A stretch of DNA of 64,000 bases from an uncultured archaeon (lineage in GTDB: Archaea; Iainarchaeota; Iainarchaeia; Iainarchaeales; 1-14-0-10-31-34), in NCBI GenBank assembly GCA_964442255.1, contig CAYTYC010000003.1, positions 1 to 64,000 of the forward strand, given 5' to 3'. Numbering within the stretch: the first letter of the stretch is position 1; the number at the start of each line of letters is the position of its first letter. This document shows positions 20,503 to 30,810 of this stretch, one piece after another. Under the pieces are notes generated by a model. The model had not been told where the DNA came from, made no database searches, and saw nothing but the letters and a program-made list of their open reading frames with translations. The position numbers were made by a program, and so were the translations under genes.

Positions 20503-23500
20503 GTGGCAAGGAAAGTACTGCTTTTAGGAAGCTCTGCCCTGAAAATCGGGGAAGCAGGTGAAAGTTCTTTAAAGTCCTGAAAAGGGCTTAAGGGCCGCCT
20601 ATTCGACTACTCCGGTTCCCAGGCAATCAAAGCGCTCAAGGAAGAGGGAATTAAAGTTGTGGTGGTGAACCCGAACATTGCGACAGTGCAGACATCCAAA
20701 GGCCTTGCGGACAAGGTGTACTTTCTTCCAGTGAACGGTTTCTTTGTTGAAAAGGTCATCAAAAAAGAAAAGCCAAACGGAATTCTCCTCGGTTTTGGGG
20801 GGCAGACCGCATTGAACTGCGGGCTGGAGTTATGGAAAAAAGGAATACTAAAGAAATACAAGGTAAGGGTTTACGGAACACCGGTTGAGTCAATCAAAAA
20901 AACAGAGGACCGGGAACTGTTCAAAAAAGAGCTGGAAAAAATCGGGGTAAAGGTTCCGAGTAGTGTTGCGGCCAAGAGCGTTGGAAAGGCGCTGGGCGCA
21001 GGAAGGAAATTGGGGTTTCCCTTAATTTTAAGGAGCGGCTTTTCTTTGGGCGGGCAGGGCTCGGGAATTGTGTGGAATGAACCGCAGCTTAAAGAAAAGG
21101 CAAGGCTTGCGTTAAGTTCTGCTCACCAGATTTTGATTGAAGAGTATCTGAAGGGCTGGAAGGAAATAGAGTACGAGGTTGTAAGGGACAAAAAAGGAAA
21201 TTGTGTAACCGTCTGCAACATGGAAAACGTTGACCCCATGGGCGTCCACACCGGCGAAAGCATTGTGGTTGCGCCCTCGCAAACCCTGAGCAATGCGGAG
21301 TATCACCTGCTCAGGGAAATTTCCATTAAGGTTGTGAAGCATCTGCGCATAGTCGGGGAATGCAATGTGCAGTTTGCGTTAAACCCAAAGTCATTGGAGT
21401 ACCGGGTAATTGAGGTAAACGCGAGGCTTAGCCGGAGCTCGGCGCTTGCATCCAAGGCAACAGGCTATCCTTTGGCGTTCATTGCAGCAAAGCTTGCGCT
21501 CGGGAAAACCCTGAATGAATTAAGGAATTCCATCACCAAAAAAACTTCCGCGTTCTTTGAGCCCTCGCTTGATTACGTTGTGGTAAAGATTCCAAAATGG
21601 GATTTGCAGAAATTCAGGAAGGTTTCATTCGAGATTGGAAGCGAAATGAAAAGCGTTGGGGAAGTGATGGCAATCGGCAGAAGCTTTGAGGAAGCACTGC
21701 AAAAAGGAATCCGGATGCTTGGAAACGGCTTGAATGGATTGACAGGAAACAGGCTTGAGCTGGAAAACGGGCCGGAGAAAGGGATCAAAACCCCGAACGA
21801 CAAAAGGCTTTTTTACATCGGGAAGGCGCTGGAAAAGGGGAAAAGCGTGGAAAAAATCCATAAAATGAGTTTCATTGACAAATGGTTTTTGTTCAAAATG
21901 AAAAACATTGTGGAAACAGCGAAAAAGTTAAGAAAGGAAAAAATTGAGAGAAGTTTGTTAAGGAAAGCAAAAGAACAGGGGTTCAGCGACAAACAAATTG
22001 GGGCATTGGCCGGATGGGAAGAGGAAAGGGTAAGGGAAAAAAGGAAAAAGCTTGGAATTGTTCCGGTTGTGAAGCAGATTGACACCCTGTCGGCAGAATT
22101 TCCGGCTAAAACAAATTACCTTTATTCAACTTACAATGGCTCAGAAGATGATGTAGGGAGGGTGGGAAAGAAAACGGCAATGGTTCTCGGCTCCGGGGCG
22201 TACAGCATTGGCTCAAGCGTGGAATTTGACTGGTGCTGCGTTAATGCAGTGAAAACAGCCAGGCGTTTAGGGTATAAGACAGTGATGGTGAACTTCAACC
22301 CTGAAACAGTTTCCACTGATTTCGATGAATGCGATTCCCTGTACTTTGAGGAATTAAGCATGGAAAGGGTCAGGGACATTTACGGGAAAGAGCGGCCCAT
22401 CGGAATAATCCTTTCGGTTGGCGGGCAGATTCCGAACACTTTGGCGGTTGAATGCAAAAAGCACGGGCTAAGGGTTTTGGGGACTTCCGCGGAAGACATT
22501 GACAGGGCTGAGGACAGGCACAAATTCAGCGCGCTTCTGGATAAGCTGGGGGTTGACCAGCCGGAATGGGTTGAGGCACGGAATCTGAAGGAGGCGCTGG
22601 AATTCAGTGAAAAAGTCGGCTACCCTGTTTTGGTGCGGCCATCCTATGTGCTGAGCGGAAGCGCAATGAACATTGCATTCAATTCACGGAACCTTAAAAG
22701 CTATCTGAAAAAAGCGACTTCACTGAGCAGGGAGCGCCCTGTTGTTGTGTCAAAATTCATTGAAGGCGCAAAGGAAATAGAGATTGACGCGGTGGCTGAA
22801 AAAGGAAAAATGCTTTTGTGGGCAATCACTGAGCACGTGGAAAATGCGGGCGTGCATTCGGGGGACGCGACAATGGTTTTGCCTGCGCAAAAGCTTTACA
22901 TTGAAACAATGCGAAGGGTGAAGGAGATTTCAAGGGAAGTCTCAGCAGCACTGCACATAAACGGCCCCTTCAACATCCAGTTCATTGCGAAAAGCAATGA
23001 AATCAAGGTAATTGAATGCAATTTGCGTTCTTCCAGAAGCTTTCCTTTTGTTTCAAAGGTTTTTGGGGTTAACTTCATTGAATTTGCAACAAAGGCAATG
23101 CTCGGGGAAAAAGTGAAGGAGCCAGGCAAAAGCGTTTTGGAGCATGACTGTGTGGGGGTGAAGGCGCCGCAGTTCTCCTTCTCAAGGCTGAAGGGAGCGG
23201 ACCCGGTGCTTGGGGTGGAAATGGCGTCAACCGGGGAAGTTGGGTGCCTTGGTTCTGGCTTGAATGACGCTTTCCTGAAATCCATTATTTCAACGGGGTT
23301 CTCGCTTCCGAAAAAAAAAGTGCTTTTAAGCATCGGGGGCGAGGAAAACAGGTACGAACTTCTCCCCGCAATACGGAAACTAAAAGAAAAGGGCTTTGAA
23401 TTGTTTGCCACACAGCACACCTCGCTTTTCCTAAAGGAACAGGGAATTGAAAACACCCTGGTTTTCAAGCTGCATGAACTGAAAAAGCCGAACGCAAGGG

Positions 23501-23718
23501 AACTGATTGAAAAACGGGGGGCGGAGCTTGTGGTGTGCGTGCAGGACAAGTTTTACCAGGAAGCCATTGAAGACGAGTACCTGCTCAGGAGGCTTGCCGT
23601 GGATTACGGGATTCCGTTAATTACGAACAGGCAGCTCGCTAAGCTGTTCATCAACGCGGTTTTGGAGAAAAAGCAGGGGCAGCTGGAAATCAAAAGCTGG
23701 AATGAATACATAAGCTGA
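20503..23718 (+). CDS. carB: carbamoyl-phosphate synthase large subunit, spliced: exon 1 20503-20562, exon 2 20602-23718 (1058 aa)
   Basis: SD GGAGGTGA (20487-20494), then GTG; exon 1 VARKVLLLGSSALKIGEAGE joins in frame to FDYSGSQAIKALKEEG; two ATP-grasp halves and an MGS domain. Confidence 0.93.
20563..20601 (+). other. 39-nt BHB-type intron in carB mRNA
   Basis: central helix GGUG/CGCC, bulges AA|A and UA|U, 13-bp inner stem capped by GAAA, in-frame TGA at 20578. Confidence 0.9.
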
Positions 23719-23773
23719 GGCAAGATAATCCTTTTTTAAATCTTTCATGTTTTAATCCTAAAAAGGTGCGAAA

Positions 23774-25768
23774 ATGGAAATGCTTTTTTACGGAATGATT
23801 GCCGCGTTGGTGGCGCTGGTTTTCGCGTTCCTTCTGAAATGGGGCATTGACAGGAAGCCGGCGGGAAACGAAAAAATGCGGGAGATAGCGAAAAACATTT
23901 CAGACGGGGCAATGGTTTTCCTTATGCGGGAATACAAGTACCTGTTTGTGTATGTCGTGGTTGTAGCAATTGTATTGTATTTGATTAATTTCGCGGTTCC
24001 ATTGAACGCGATTCTCACCGCTGTTTCATTCATCCTTGGGGCGGTTGTTTCCGCGCTTGCCGGACTGATTGGAATGAAGACCGCAACCAAGGCGAATGTA
24101 AGGACAGCGGAGGCCGCAAGGAAAGGCATTACGGAAGCGTTAAAGGTTGCGTTCAGTTCCGGCGCAGTAATGGGCTTAAGCGTCGTGGGGTTGGGGCTTT
24201 TTGGAATCAGTTTGCTTTCATATGTTTTCATTTATTCTTTTGGGTTTGCCGACCCCACTTCCCTTATTTTTGGCTTCAGTTTCGGGGCTTCCAGCATTGC
24301 ATTGTTTGCGAGGGTTGGGGGCGGAATTTACACAAAGGCTGCGGACGTTGGCGCTGACTTGGTTGGAAAGGTTGAGGCAGGCATTCCTGAAGATGACCCA
24401 AGAAATCCTGCAGTTATTGCGGACAATGTCGGGGACAATGTGGGGGACGTTGCGGGAATGGGCGCTGACCTGTTTGAAAGCTATGTTGGAAGCATTATTG
24501 CGGCAATGGCTTTGGGCTTCATTGCGTTAGGCGCAATTGGGCTTAACATTCCAATCCTTATTGCGGGGGTTGGAATAATTTCTTCCCTGATTGGAATCGC
24601 ATTTGTGAATCTGGGAAAAGGCGAAAACGCGAGGGTTGCAATGCGGAACGGAACCATTCTTGCGGCGGCGTTAATGGTTATTGGGGCATATTTTTTGGTT
24701 GTGGACTTTTTGGGCGCTTCGCTGGGAATTTTTCTGGCCGTATTGGTTGGGGTGGTTTCCGGAATCCTTATCGGCTATCTCACTGAATACTTCACTTCAT
24801 ACGATTATTATCCCACAAAACAGGTCGCAAAAGCGTCTGAAACAGGGTCAGCAACAAACATTCTTGCGGGAATCAGCCTCGGAAACCAAAGCACTGCCTT
24901 GCCTATTTTCGTGATTGCTGTCGCGATTTTCCTTGCATACCATTTCGGGGGATTGTTTGGGATTGCGCTTGCGGGGGTTGGAATGCTGAGCACTCTGGGA
25001 ATTACTTTGGCTGTTGACGCTTACGGCCCGGTTGCGGATAACGCAGGCGGAATAACTGAAATGTCAAAACTTGGGAAAGAGGTGAGGGAAAGGACAGACG
25101 CACTGGATTCGGTTGGAAACACTACCGCTGCAATGGGAAAAGGCTTTGCGATTGGCTCGGCCGCCTTAACCGCGCTTGCATTGTTTGCCACTTACACAGT
25201 TATTGCCGGGATTGAAATAGTCAATTTAATTGAGCCAAAAGTTATTGCGGGACTGCTTTTAGGCGCAATGCTCCCATTCTTATTCAGTTCATTCGCAATC
25301 CAGGCCGTTGGAAAGGCGGCAGGTGAAATGATTGAAGAAGTGAGAAGGCAGTGGAAGGAAATCCCGGGGTTAATGCAGGGAAAAGCCGAAGCAGACTATA
25401 AAAGGTGCGTGGACATCAGCACCAATGCCGCGATCAAAAGGATGATTGCGCCCGCATTGCTTGCGATTCTTTCGCCTATTGCCCTTGGCCTGGTTTTGGG
25501 CCCGGAAGCGGTTGCCGGGCTTTTGGCAGGTGCGCTGGTTAGCGGGGTGGCGCTGGCGATAATGATGGCAAATTCGGGGGGAGCGTGGGACAACGCAAAA
25601 AAGTATATTGAAAAAGGTTTTTTGGGCGGAAAAGGTTCCCCGGCGCACAAGGCGGCGGTTGTTGGAGATACTGTAGGGGATCCCATGAAGGACACTTCAG
25701 GGCCCTCAATCAACATCCTGATAAAATTGATGTCAATTGTGGCAGTGATCTTTGCAGCATTATTTTAG
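23774..25768 (+). CDS. hppA: membrane-integral Na+/H+-translocating pyrophosphatase (K+-dependent type)
   Basis: DVGADLVGKVE, DNVGDNVGD; GNTTAA (Ala at the K+-dependence position). Confidence 0.96.
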   Translation: MEMLFYGMIAALVALVFAFLLKWGIDRKPAGNEKMREIAKNISDGAMVFLMREYKYLFVYVVVVAIVLYLINFAVPLNAILTAVSFILGAVVSALAGLIGMKTATKANVRTAEAARKGITEALKVAFSSGAVMGLSVVGLGLFGISLLSYVFIYSFGFADPTSLIFGFSFGASSIALFARVGGGIYTKAADVGADLVGKVEAGIPEDDPRNPAVIADNVGDNVGDVAGMGADLFESYVGSIIAAMALGFIALGAIGLNIPILIAGVGIISSLIGIAFVNLGKGENARVAMRNGTILAAALMVIGAYFLVVDFLGASLGIFLAVLVGVVSGILIGYLTEYFTSYDYYPTKQVAKASETGSATNILAGISLGNQSTALPIFVIAVAIFLAYHFGGLFGIALAGVGMLSTLGITLAVDAYGPVADNAGGITEMSKLGKEVRERTDALDSVGNTTAAMGKGFAIGSAALTALALFATYTVIAGIEIVNLIEPKVIAGLLLGAMLPFLFSSFAIQAVGKAAGEMIEEVRRQWKEIPGLMQGKAEADYKRCVDISTNAAIKRMIAPALLAILSPIALGLVLGPEAVAGLLAGALVSGVALAIMMANSGGAWDNAKKYIEKGFLGGKGSPAHKAAVVGDTVGDPMKDTSGPSINILIKLMSIVAVIFAALF

Positions 25769-25823
25769 GGGCGTTGGTTCTTAGGCAATCCGCCTTTGAA
25801 AGCAAAATAAATAAAAACTTAAT

Positions 25824-25907
25824 TTGAAAGATTCATTAGGGCTAAGGTTTAATATCCCGATTAAGTTGATGAGCATTGTTGCGCTGGTTTTTGCGGCGCT
25901 GTTTTAA
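25824..25907 (+). pseudogene. fossil 3' end of a second, diverged hppA allele
   Basis: translates LKDSLGLRFNIPIKLMSIVALVFAALF* vs the hppA end MKDTSGPSINILIKLMSIVAVIFAALF*. Confidence 0.8.
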
Positions 25908-26345
25908 TTATTCTTTCACTGAAGAAAAAGACGCGCAGGAAAGGGTTGCGGAAACGCCTTCAATTGCGCGGATTTTTTCAATGACAAGCTCCCCAATTTC
26001 CTTCAGGTCTTTTGCGCGAACCTTCACAAGGATGTCCCATTCGCCGGAAATCATGTGAACTTCAAAAACAGGGGAAAGCTTTGCGATTTTTTGCGCAACC
26101 GTTTTCTGCGGAATTTCTTTTAGCGGGGCATACTTTACCAAAATAAATGCTGTGGCGGGTTTTCCAAGTTTTGCGTAATCCGGCTGGACAGTGTATTTTT
26201 GTATTAACTTTTCTTTCTCCATTTTCTTTAACCTGTCGAAAACCGTTGTGCGCGGAAGCCTGGTTTTGCGGGCAATTTCCTTTATAGAGGCGCGGGAGTT
26301 TTTTTCCAGCTCCTCCAAAATCTGAAAGTCCTTTGAATCAGCCAT
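25908..26345 (-). CDS. Lrp/AsnC family transcriptional regulator
   Basis: D.QIL..L..NSR HTH; ISGEWDILVKV RAM domain. Confidence 0.93.
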   Translation of the reverse strand: MADSKDFQILEELEKNSRASIKEIARKTRLPRTTVFDRLKKMEKEKLIQKYTVQPDYAKLGKPATAFILVKYAPLKEIPQKTVAQKIAKLSPVFEVHMISGEWDILVKVRAKDLKEIGELVIEKIRAIEGVSATLSCASFSSVKE

Positions 26346-26380
26346 GCATTAATTATCCGGAAAAACTATTAAAAACCATC

Positions 26381-26417
26381 ACTTTTACGGATTTTATCCG
26401 GATTATCCGTCAAAAGT
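26381..26417. promoter_or_regulatory. inverted repeat between the divergent lrp and tRNA promoters (putative operator)
   Basis: ACTTTT-ACGGAT ... ATCCGT-C-AAAAGT; TTATCCG occurs three times in 26353-26409. Confidence 0.4.
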
Positions 26418-26448
26418 ATTAAATTTCAAGGAAGGGGAAGTATTTGAG

Positions 26449-26780
26449 AGGCGGGTAGTCCAATTGGCCAGGATGCCGGGCTGTTGAAATCAGAACCTGC
26501 GGTTCCGTAGAAGGCGGGGGATTTTTTGCTCAAGCTTTTTTTGAAAANNNNNNNNNNTTGCATGCGGTCCGGTAGACTTTGCCCGCCAGGCCGATTTCCT
26601 CCACCCGGCCGATTCGGACGCCGCGAAACTTAAAGGATGAACCCACTTCCAGACCTTGAACGGAATCTTCAAAATAGGTTTCGATCATGGCTGTTTTTTG
26701 AAAAAGCTTGCCCGATGCCTCCCTTAAGTTTCAGGGAATACAGTAACCCGGTGATGGGAGTTCGAGTCTCTCCCCGCCAG
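26449..26780 (+). tRNA. tRNA-Asn(GTT) with an approximately 259-nt intron at 37/38 (26487-26745, contains a 10-N gap)
   Basis: D arm GTCC/GGAT, anticodon stem CCGGG/CCCGG, T arm GGGAG-TTCGAGT-CTCTC; BHB CUGU/ACAG with UG|A and UA|A bulges. Confidence 0.75.
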
Positions 26781-26781
26781 T

Positions 26782-27387
26782 TTAGTGACCACTGCCGGAT
26801 TCTTTCCTGAATCCGGCAACAACCCACTTCAATTTTTTTCGGTGTTTTACGCCCAAATATATCCCGTAATAAGGAACTGTCATAAGGGCTGCCTGCCCTT
26901 GCGCCAGTTTTTTGATTGCCCACCGGCCATATTTTTTTCTCAAAGCCAGGGCGCCGGTTGCCCCAAGCACTGCGCCAATTGCAATTTCAGGGTTATCGGC
27001 AATCCTTGCAGCCATCCTGTCCAGGGTGGGGTTATTAAGATTTACAATCCACGTATTAACGTGTTGCACGCCGGCTCCAAGAGTTTTACCGATAATCTTT
27101 CCTTCAAGCGGCAGTAATGCGTATTTGTTCCACATCTCCACAGGCCAAGCGGCTACTTTCACTCCTACTTGGGCTGCTTCGGGAAGCTTAGCCATCCCTT
27201 TAGTAAGCCCGGCTTCTGCAAGCTCAGCCAGACGAACGGCTTTAAATCCTGCCATTGACCCGGCCAGTGCCCCAACAGAACCAGCTGTAACCTTACCAGT
27301 CAGGCGTTTTTTGAGGTCAGTTCCAACTCCCCCCGCCTTTTTAGGTGATTTATGCCCCGCCATGAAGTATCCCTCCTGAGAAAACAT
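26782..27387 (-). CDS. hypothetical Gly/Ala-rich, possibly membrane-associated protein (probable start MAGHKSPKK)
   Basis: about 200 aa ORF; GxxxG-rich hydrophobic stretches. Confidence 0.55.
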   Translation of the reverse strand: MFSQEGYFMAGHKSPKKAGGVGTDLKKRLTGKVTAGSVGALAGSMAGFKAVRLAELAEAGLTKGMAKLPEAAQVGVKVAAWPVEMWNKYALLPLEGKIIGKTLGAGVQHVNTWIVNLNNPTLDRMAARIADNPEIAIGAVLGATGALALRKKYGRWAIKKLAQGQAALMTVPYYGIYLGVKHRKKLKWVVAGFRKESGSGH

Positions 27388-27543
27388 GGCACTAAGTCCT
27401 TAATATGCTTTTTTCTTGACAGGAAATGTGCCCCTCCAAAAGGATTTAAAAACATCCAGCCTTCTATCTTTTTGGCTTTAGGGAAAAAGGCTTCAGTCTG
27501 CCCGGATTGGGGCCTGAATGCCCTTGAAAGCGGAGGTGAAAGA

Positions 27544-28500
27544 GTGGGCGAAAAAACGCTTAAAATCAAGACAATTGAGGATTTGCCTGGAATTGGCAGC
27601 GGGGCAGCCGAAAAGCTTCGCGCGGCAGGCTACAGGGAACTGGAAAACATTGCGACTGCTTCTCCCATGGAATTAAATGAAATAGCCGGTTTGGGCGACG
27701 GCACGGCCGCAAAAGCCGTGAAAGCCGCAAGGGAAGCAATGGACATGGGATTTGAACCCGCGGACCTGCTTGCGGAAAGAAGAAAAACACTGGGAAGGCT
27801 TACAACAGGCTCAAAGGAACTCGATGAATTGCTTGGCGGGGGAATTGAAACGCAAAGCATAACCGAATGCTACGGAAAATTTGCCTCGGGAAAAACCCAG
27901 GTGTGCTTTCAGGTTGCGGTCACAAGCCAGCTTCCGCCAGATAAGGGGGGTTTGGGGGGAAACGTGATGTACATTGACTCCGAAAACTCGTTCAGGCCGG
28001 AAAGGATTACGGCAATAGCGGAGCACCACGGTCTGGACCCCTCAAAGGTTTTGAAGAACATTTTTGTTGCGCGCGCATACAACGCCGACCACCAGATGCT
28101 TTTGGCGGAGAAAGCGGCAGAAATGCTTAAAGAAAAGAAAATAAAACTGGTCATAGTGGATTCCCTTACCTCCCTTTTCAGGACAGAGTACCTGGGAAGG
28201 GGAAAGCTTGCGGACAGGCAGCAGCAGCTGGGAAAGCACATGAGGGTTTTAATGAAGATGGCTGAAATGAATAATATCGCAGTATTGGTGACAAACCAGG
28301 TGATGCAGAGGCCCGACATTTTGTTCGGAGACCCCACTGCACCCATTGGGGGAGAAATTGTGGCGCACAGCAGCAAAACCCGGCTATACTTGAGGAAAAG
28401 CAAAGAAGACAAGAGGGTTGCAAAGCTTGTGGACTCGCCTTCCCTTCCGGACGGGGAAGCATTGTTCAGGGTGACAACAAACGGGCTGGAGGACGTTTGA
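27544..28500 (+). CDS. radA: DNA repair and recombination protein RadA
   Basis: SD GGAGGTGA then GTG at 27544; EDLPGIG Hh[35 protein letters not shown]. Confidence 0.96.
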   Translation: MGEKTLKIKTIEDLPGIGSGAAEKLRAAGYRELENIATASPMELNEIAGLGDGTAAKAVKAAREAMDMGFEPADLLAERRKTLGRLTTGSKELDELLGGGIETQSITECYGKFASGKTQVCFQVAVTSQLPPDKGGLGGNVMYIDSENSFRPERITAIAEHHGLDPSKVLKNIFVARAYNADHQMLLAEKAAEMLKEKKIKLVIVDSLTSLFRTEYLGRGKLADRQQQLGKHMRVLMKMAEMNNIAVLVTNQVMQRPDILFGDPTAPIGGEIVAHSSKTRLYLRKSKEDKRVAKLVDSPSLPDGEALFRVTTNGLEDV

Positions 28501-28509
28501 ATGCGTCCT

Positions 28510-30108
28510 TTAGCCTAACAGGAACCGGGAGGCAAGAATGAAAACAGCTATAAGCACACCCACAAAACCTTCCCCCCCAATAAGGCCTGCCGCCATCAGC
28601 CTGCCTTTCTCCGTGAATTTTCTCCGGTCAGCAAACAAACGGATTAACCCCCCAAGGAACAGGGGAAAAGAGAGCTCAACCGGAACGTAAACGCCTATCC
28701 CAAACGCAACAGGAAGGATTCCAAGGCGGAGAAAGGTTGTGATAAGGGTCAGGGTAAACCCAAGGACCGCGCCGACTGCAAGCATGGTTTCAAGCGTTTC
28801 CGCCCCCGCGATTTCGCCTATCGCAACCGCCTGAGGGGCAGGCAGCTCAATCCCACCGATTCCGTAAACCGTGTTAAGGGAAACAAGCACAAGGCCCAAA
28901 ACAAGGGAGGCGGCAATTACTCCCGTGAACTGCGCAATTAACTGGTGGCGGGGATTTGTGCGGAGCAAAAAGCCTGCTTTCAGGTCCTGCATGAAGTCCC
29001 CCGCAATTCCCGCGGCAATGCAAACAACGGCTGCAAGGATTATCAGGAAAATTGCGTTGAATCCCAGGAAAATTTTAGCCGCGATAAGGACAATCATCGC
29101 AAAGATTTCCATCGGGTCAACGTTCATTTCACCGGTTACACGGGCGCCAACATAAGCCATCAGGAACGCGCCGAGTATTGCGATAACTGAAAGGGCAAGG
29201 TTCATTTCAGTTATTATTGTGAGGAGGGCGACAAGGACTATTACGGCCAGGCCAAAAAAACGGTTGAAGCCGGCCTTTTCTTTCCTGAAGCCACGGAACA
29301 TTTTCGCGAAAGCCGGGATTCCCTTCAGCAAAAAGTATGCGATTGCCGCCCCTATAACAATTCCAATCCCCAATGGTTTGGTGAATTGCACCATTGCGAG
29401 GGCCTTTTCCCCAAAAATGCCTGCGGAAACAAGGTAAGGAATCAGGAGAAAATAGCTTGCGATTGCGCCCAAAAACCATGCGCCGGTAAAGCGCGGGCCA
29501 ATAAGGTAGCCTCCCGCCAGAGAAACCAAGGAAATGCCTGCGCCAAAGGAAAAAAGCTTTGCGGCCTGCAGTTTTAGGAGGTCAATGTTCCAGAAATGGG
29601 GGATAAGCTCGAGGTAGTCACGGAGGAAGCTGAAAACCGCCCCGACCCCAAACATCGCCATTACGGTTTTTATTTTTTTCCCGCCTTCATCGCCTGCCAT
29701 GATTATTGCCGCTGCGGCTGTTCCATCCGGGTAAGGGAGCTGTTCCCTTTCAATCATCTCTTTGCGCAAAGGAACGCTGAAAATTATTCCCGCAATTCCG
29801 CCAACCAAGGAAATAAACATTATTTCCGGCACTGAAATGTCAAATCCCAGCACCCAGATTGCAGGAATAGTGAAAATTATTCCCGCCGCAAGAAGTCCGC
29901 CCGCACTGGCGGCGGTTTGGGCGACATTTATTTCGTTGTTGTTAGTGTTCCGCAAAAGGGTAAGCAAAGCCATTGCAAGAATTGAGGTAGTTATGATGGG
30001 CCAGTAAACTCCCCCAATCTTCAGGCCCAAAAAAGCGGAATACATTGAAACGATTATGGAAAGCATTGCGCCGACAAAAAGCGCGCGGAAAGTAAGGGAT
30101 GAAGGCAT
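28510..30108 (-). CDS. OPT/YSL family oligopeptide transporter
   Basis: LTFRA, LKIG, QTAASAG, LPYPDG, MQDLKAG, PAPQA. Confidence 0.92.
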   Translation of the reverse strand: MPSSLTFRALFVGAMLSIIVSMYSAFLGLKIGGVYWPIITTSILAMALLTLLRNTNNNEINVAQTAASAGGLLAAGIIFTIPAIWVLGFDISVPEIMFISLVGGIAGIIFSVPLRKEMIEREQLPYPDGTAAAAIIMAGDEGGKKIKTVMAMFGVGAVFSFLRDYLELIPHFWNIDLLKLQAAKLFSFGAGISLVSLAGGYLIGPRFTGAWFLGAIASYFLLIPYLVSAGIFGEKALAMVQFTKPLGIGIVIGAAIAYFLLKGIPAFAKMFRGFRKEKAGFNRFFGLAVIVLVALLTIITEMNLALSVIAILGAFLMAYVGARVTGEMNVDPMEIFAMIVLIAAKIFLGFNAIFLIILAAVVCIAAGIAGDFMQDLKAGFLLRTNPRHQLIAQFTGVIAASLVLGLVLVSLNTVYGIGGIELPAPQAVAIGEIAGAETLETMLAVGAVLGFTLTLITTFLRLGILPVAFGIGVYVPVELSFPLFLGGLIRLFADRRKFTEKGRLMAAGLIGGEGFVGVLIAVFILASRFLLG

Positions 30109-30178
30109 TTCAGGGAACTATGCGGAAAAGGTAATAAAAAGCTAAAGGTAAAAAAAAAAGTGTGGCAACATTTTTTTT

Positions 30179-30724
30179 TTAGATTGTCTTCAAAAGGTCG
30201 GATTTTGTTATTAAGCCCACAAGCCTTCCTTTTTCCTGCACAAGGAGGAGGGAATAATATGAAAGCATGTCCGCCATAACCTTTAGGGGGGTTTCCTTTG
30301 AGATTAAAGGAAAGGCTTCGCCCATTACTTTCCTGGTTTCTATGGCTTTAAGCAAAACATCCTCGGAAAGCTTTTGGCTCAAAATCCTGTCAGAAATGCT
30401 TCCCACACAAATCCCTGAGTCAATCACCGGAAGCTGGGAAATGTTTTTTCGGTTCATGAGCTGGACTGCTTTCCTTACTTTTTCATTGCTTGAAACCGAA
30501 AAAATTTTTTTGGCCATAATGTCTGCCGCCTTCACCGATTCCTTCTGATCAAGGGAGGAAAGGACGGAAAAGACTTCCTTCACCTTGCTGTAGGAAACAT
30601 CCACCTTGCCTGACTCAAGCTTTGCGAGAAGGGACTGGGACAATCCCGACTGGCGGGCAAGCTGGGACTGGGTCAGGCCGAACTGCTTCCTTTTCTGGCG
30701 GATTTCCTTTGCTTCCGGAAACAT
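30179..30724 (-). CDS. XRE-HTH plus CBS-pair transcriptional regulator
   Basis: GLTQSQLA..SGLSQS..AKLESGKVD; two CBS domains. Confidence 0.92.
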   Translation of the reverse strand: MFPEAKEIRQKRKQFGLTQSQLARQSGLSQSLLAKLESGKVDVSYSKVKEVFSVLSSLDQKESVKAADIMAKKIFSVSSNEKVRKAVQLMNRKNISQLPVIDSGICVGSISDRILSQKLSEDVLLKAIETRKVMGEAFPLISKETPLKVMADMLSYYSLLLVQEKGRLVGLITKSDLLKTI

Positions 30725-30810
30725 AAGAAAAATGCGCGGGAAAAGGCTTTTATTCTTATTTGAATAATTCTTTCAAAAAATATTATTATTGCGCTGGATT
30801 GACTGAATTT

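Noticed and set aside
20578..20580. TGA read-through or selenocysteine in carB
   Set aside because: Read-through would leave 13 extra residues inside the invariant GE-FDYSG motif, whereas BHB excision restores it exactly.
20659..23718. carB starting at 20659 as in the ORF track
   Set aside because: It omits the conserved N-terminal strand and the EFDYSG motif; the SD lies before GTG 20503.
26487..26745. Group I intron or C/D guide RNA in tRNA-Asn
   Set aside because: No recognisable P7 core or terminal G, and the boundaries fit a BHB. AGGATGA is C-box-like, but no well-placed CTGA D box was seen.
27352..27543. N-terminal extension of RadA
   Set aside because: It spans promoter-like DNA; the SD and homology indicate a GTG start at 27544.
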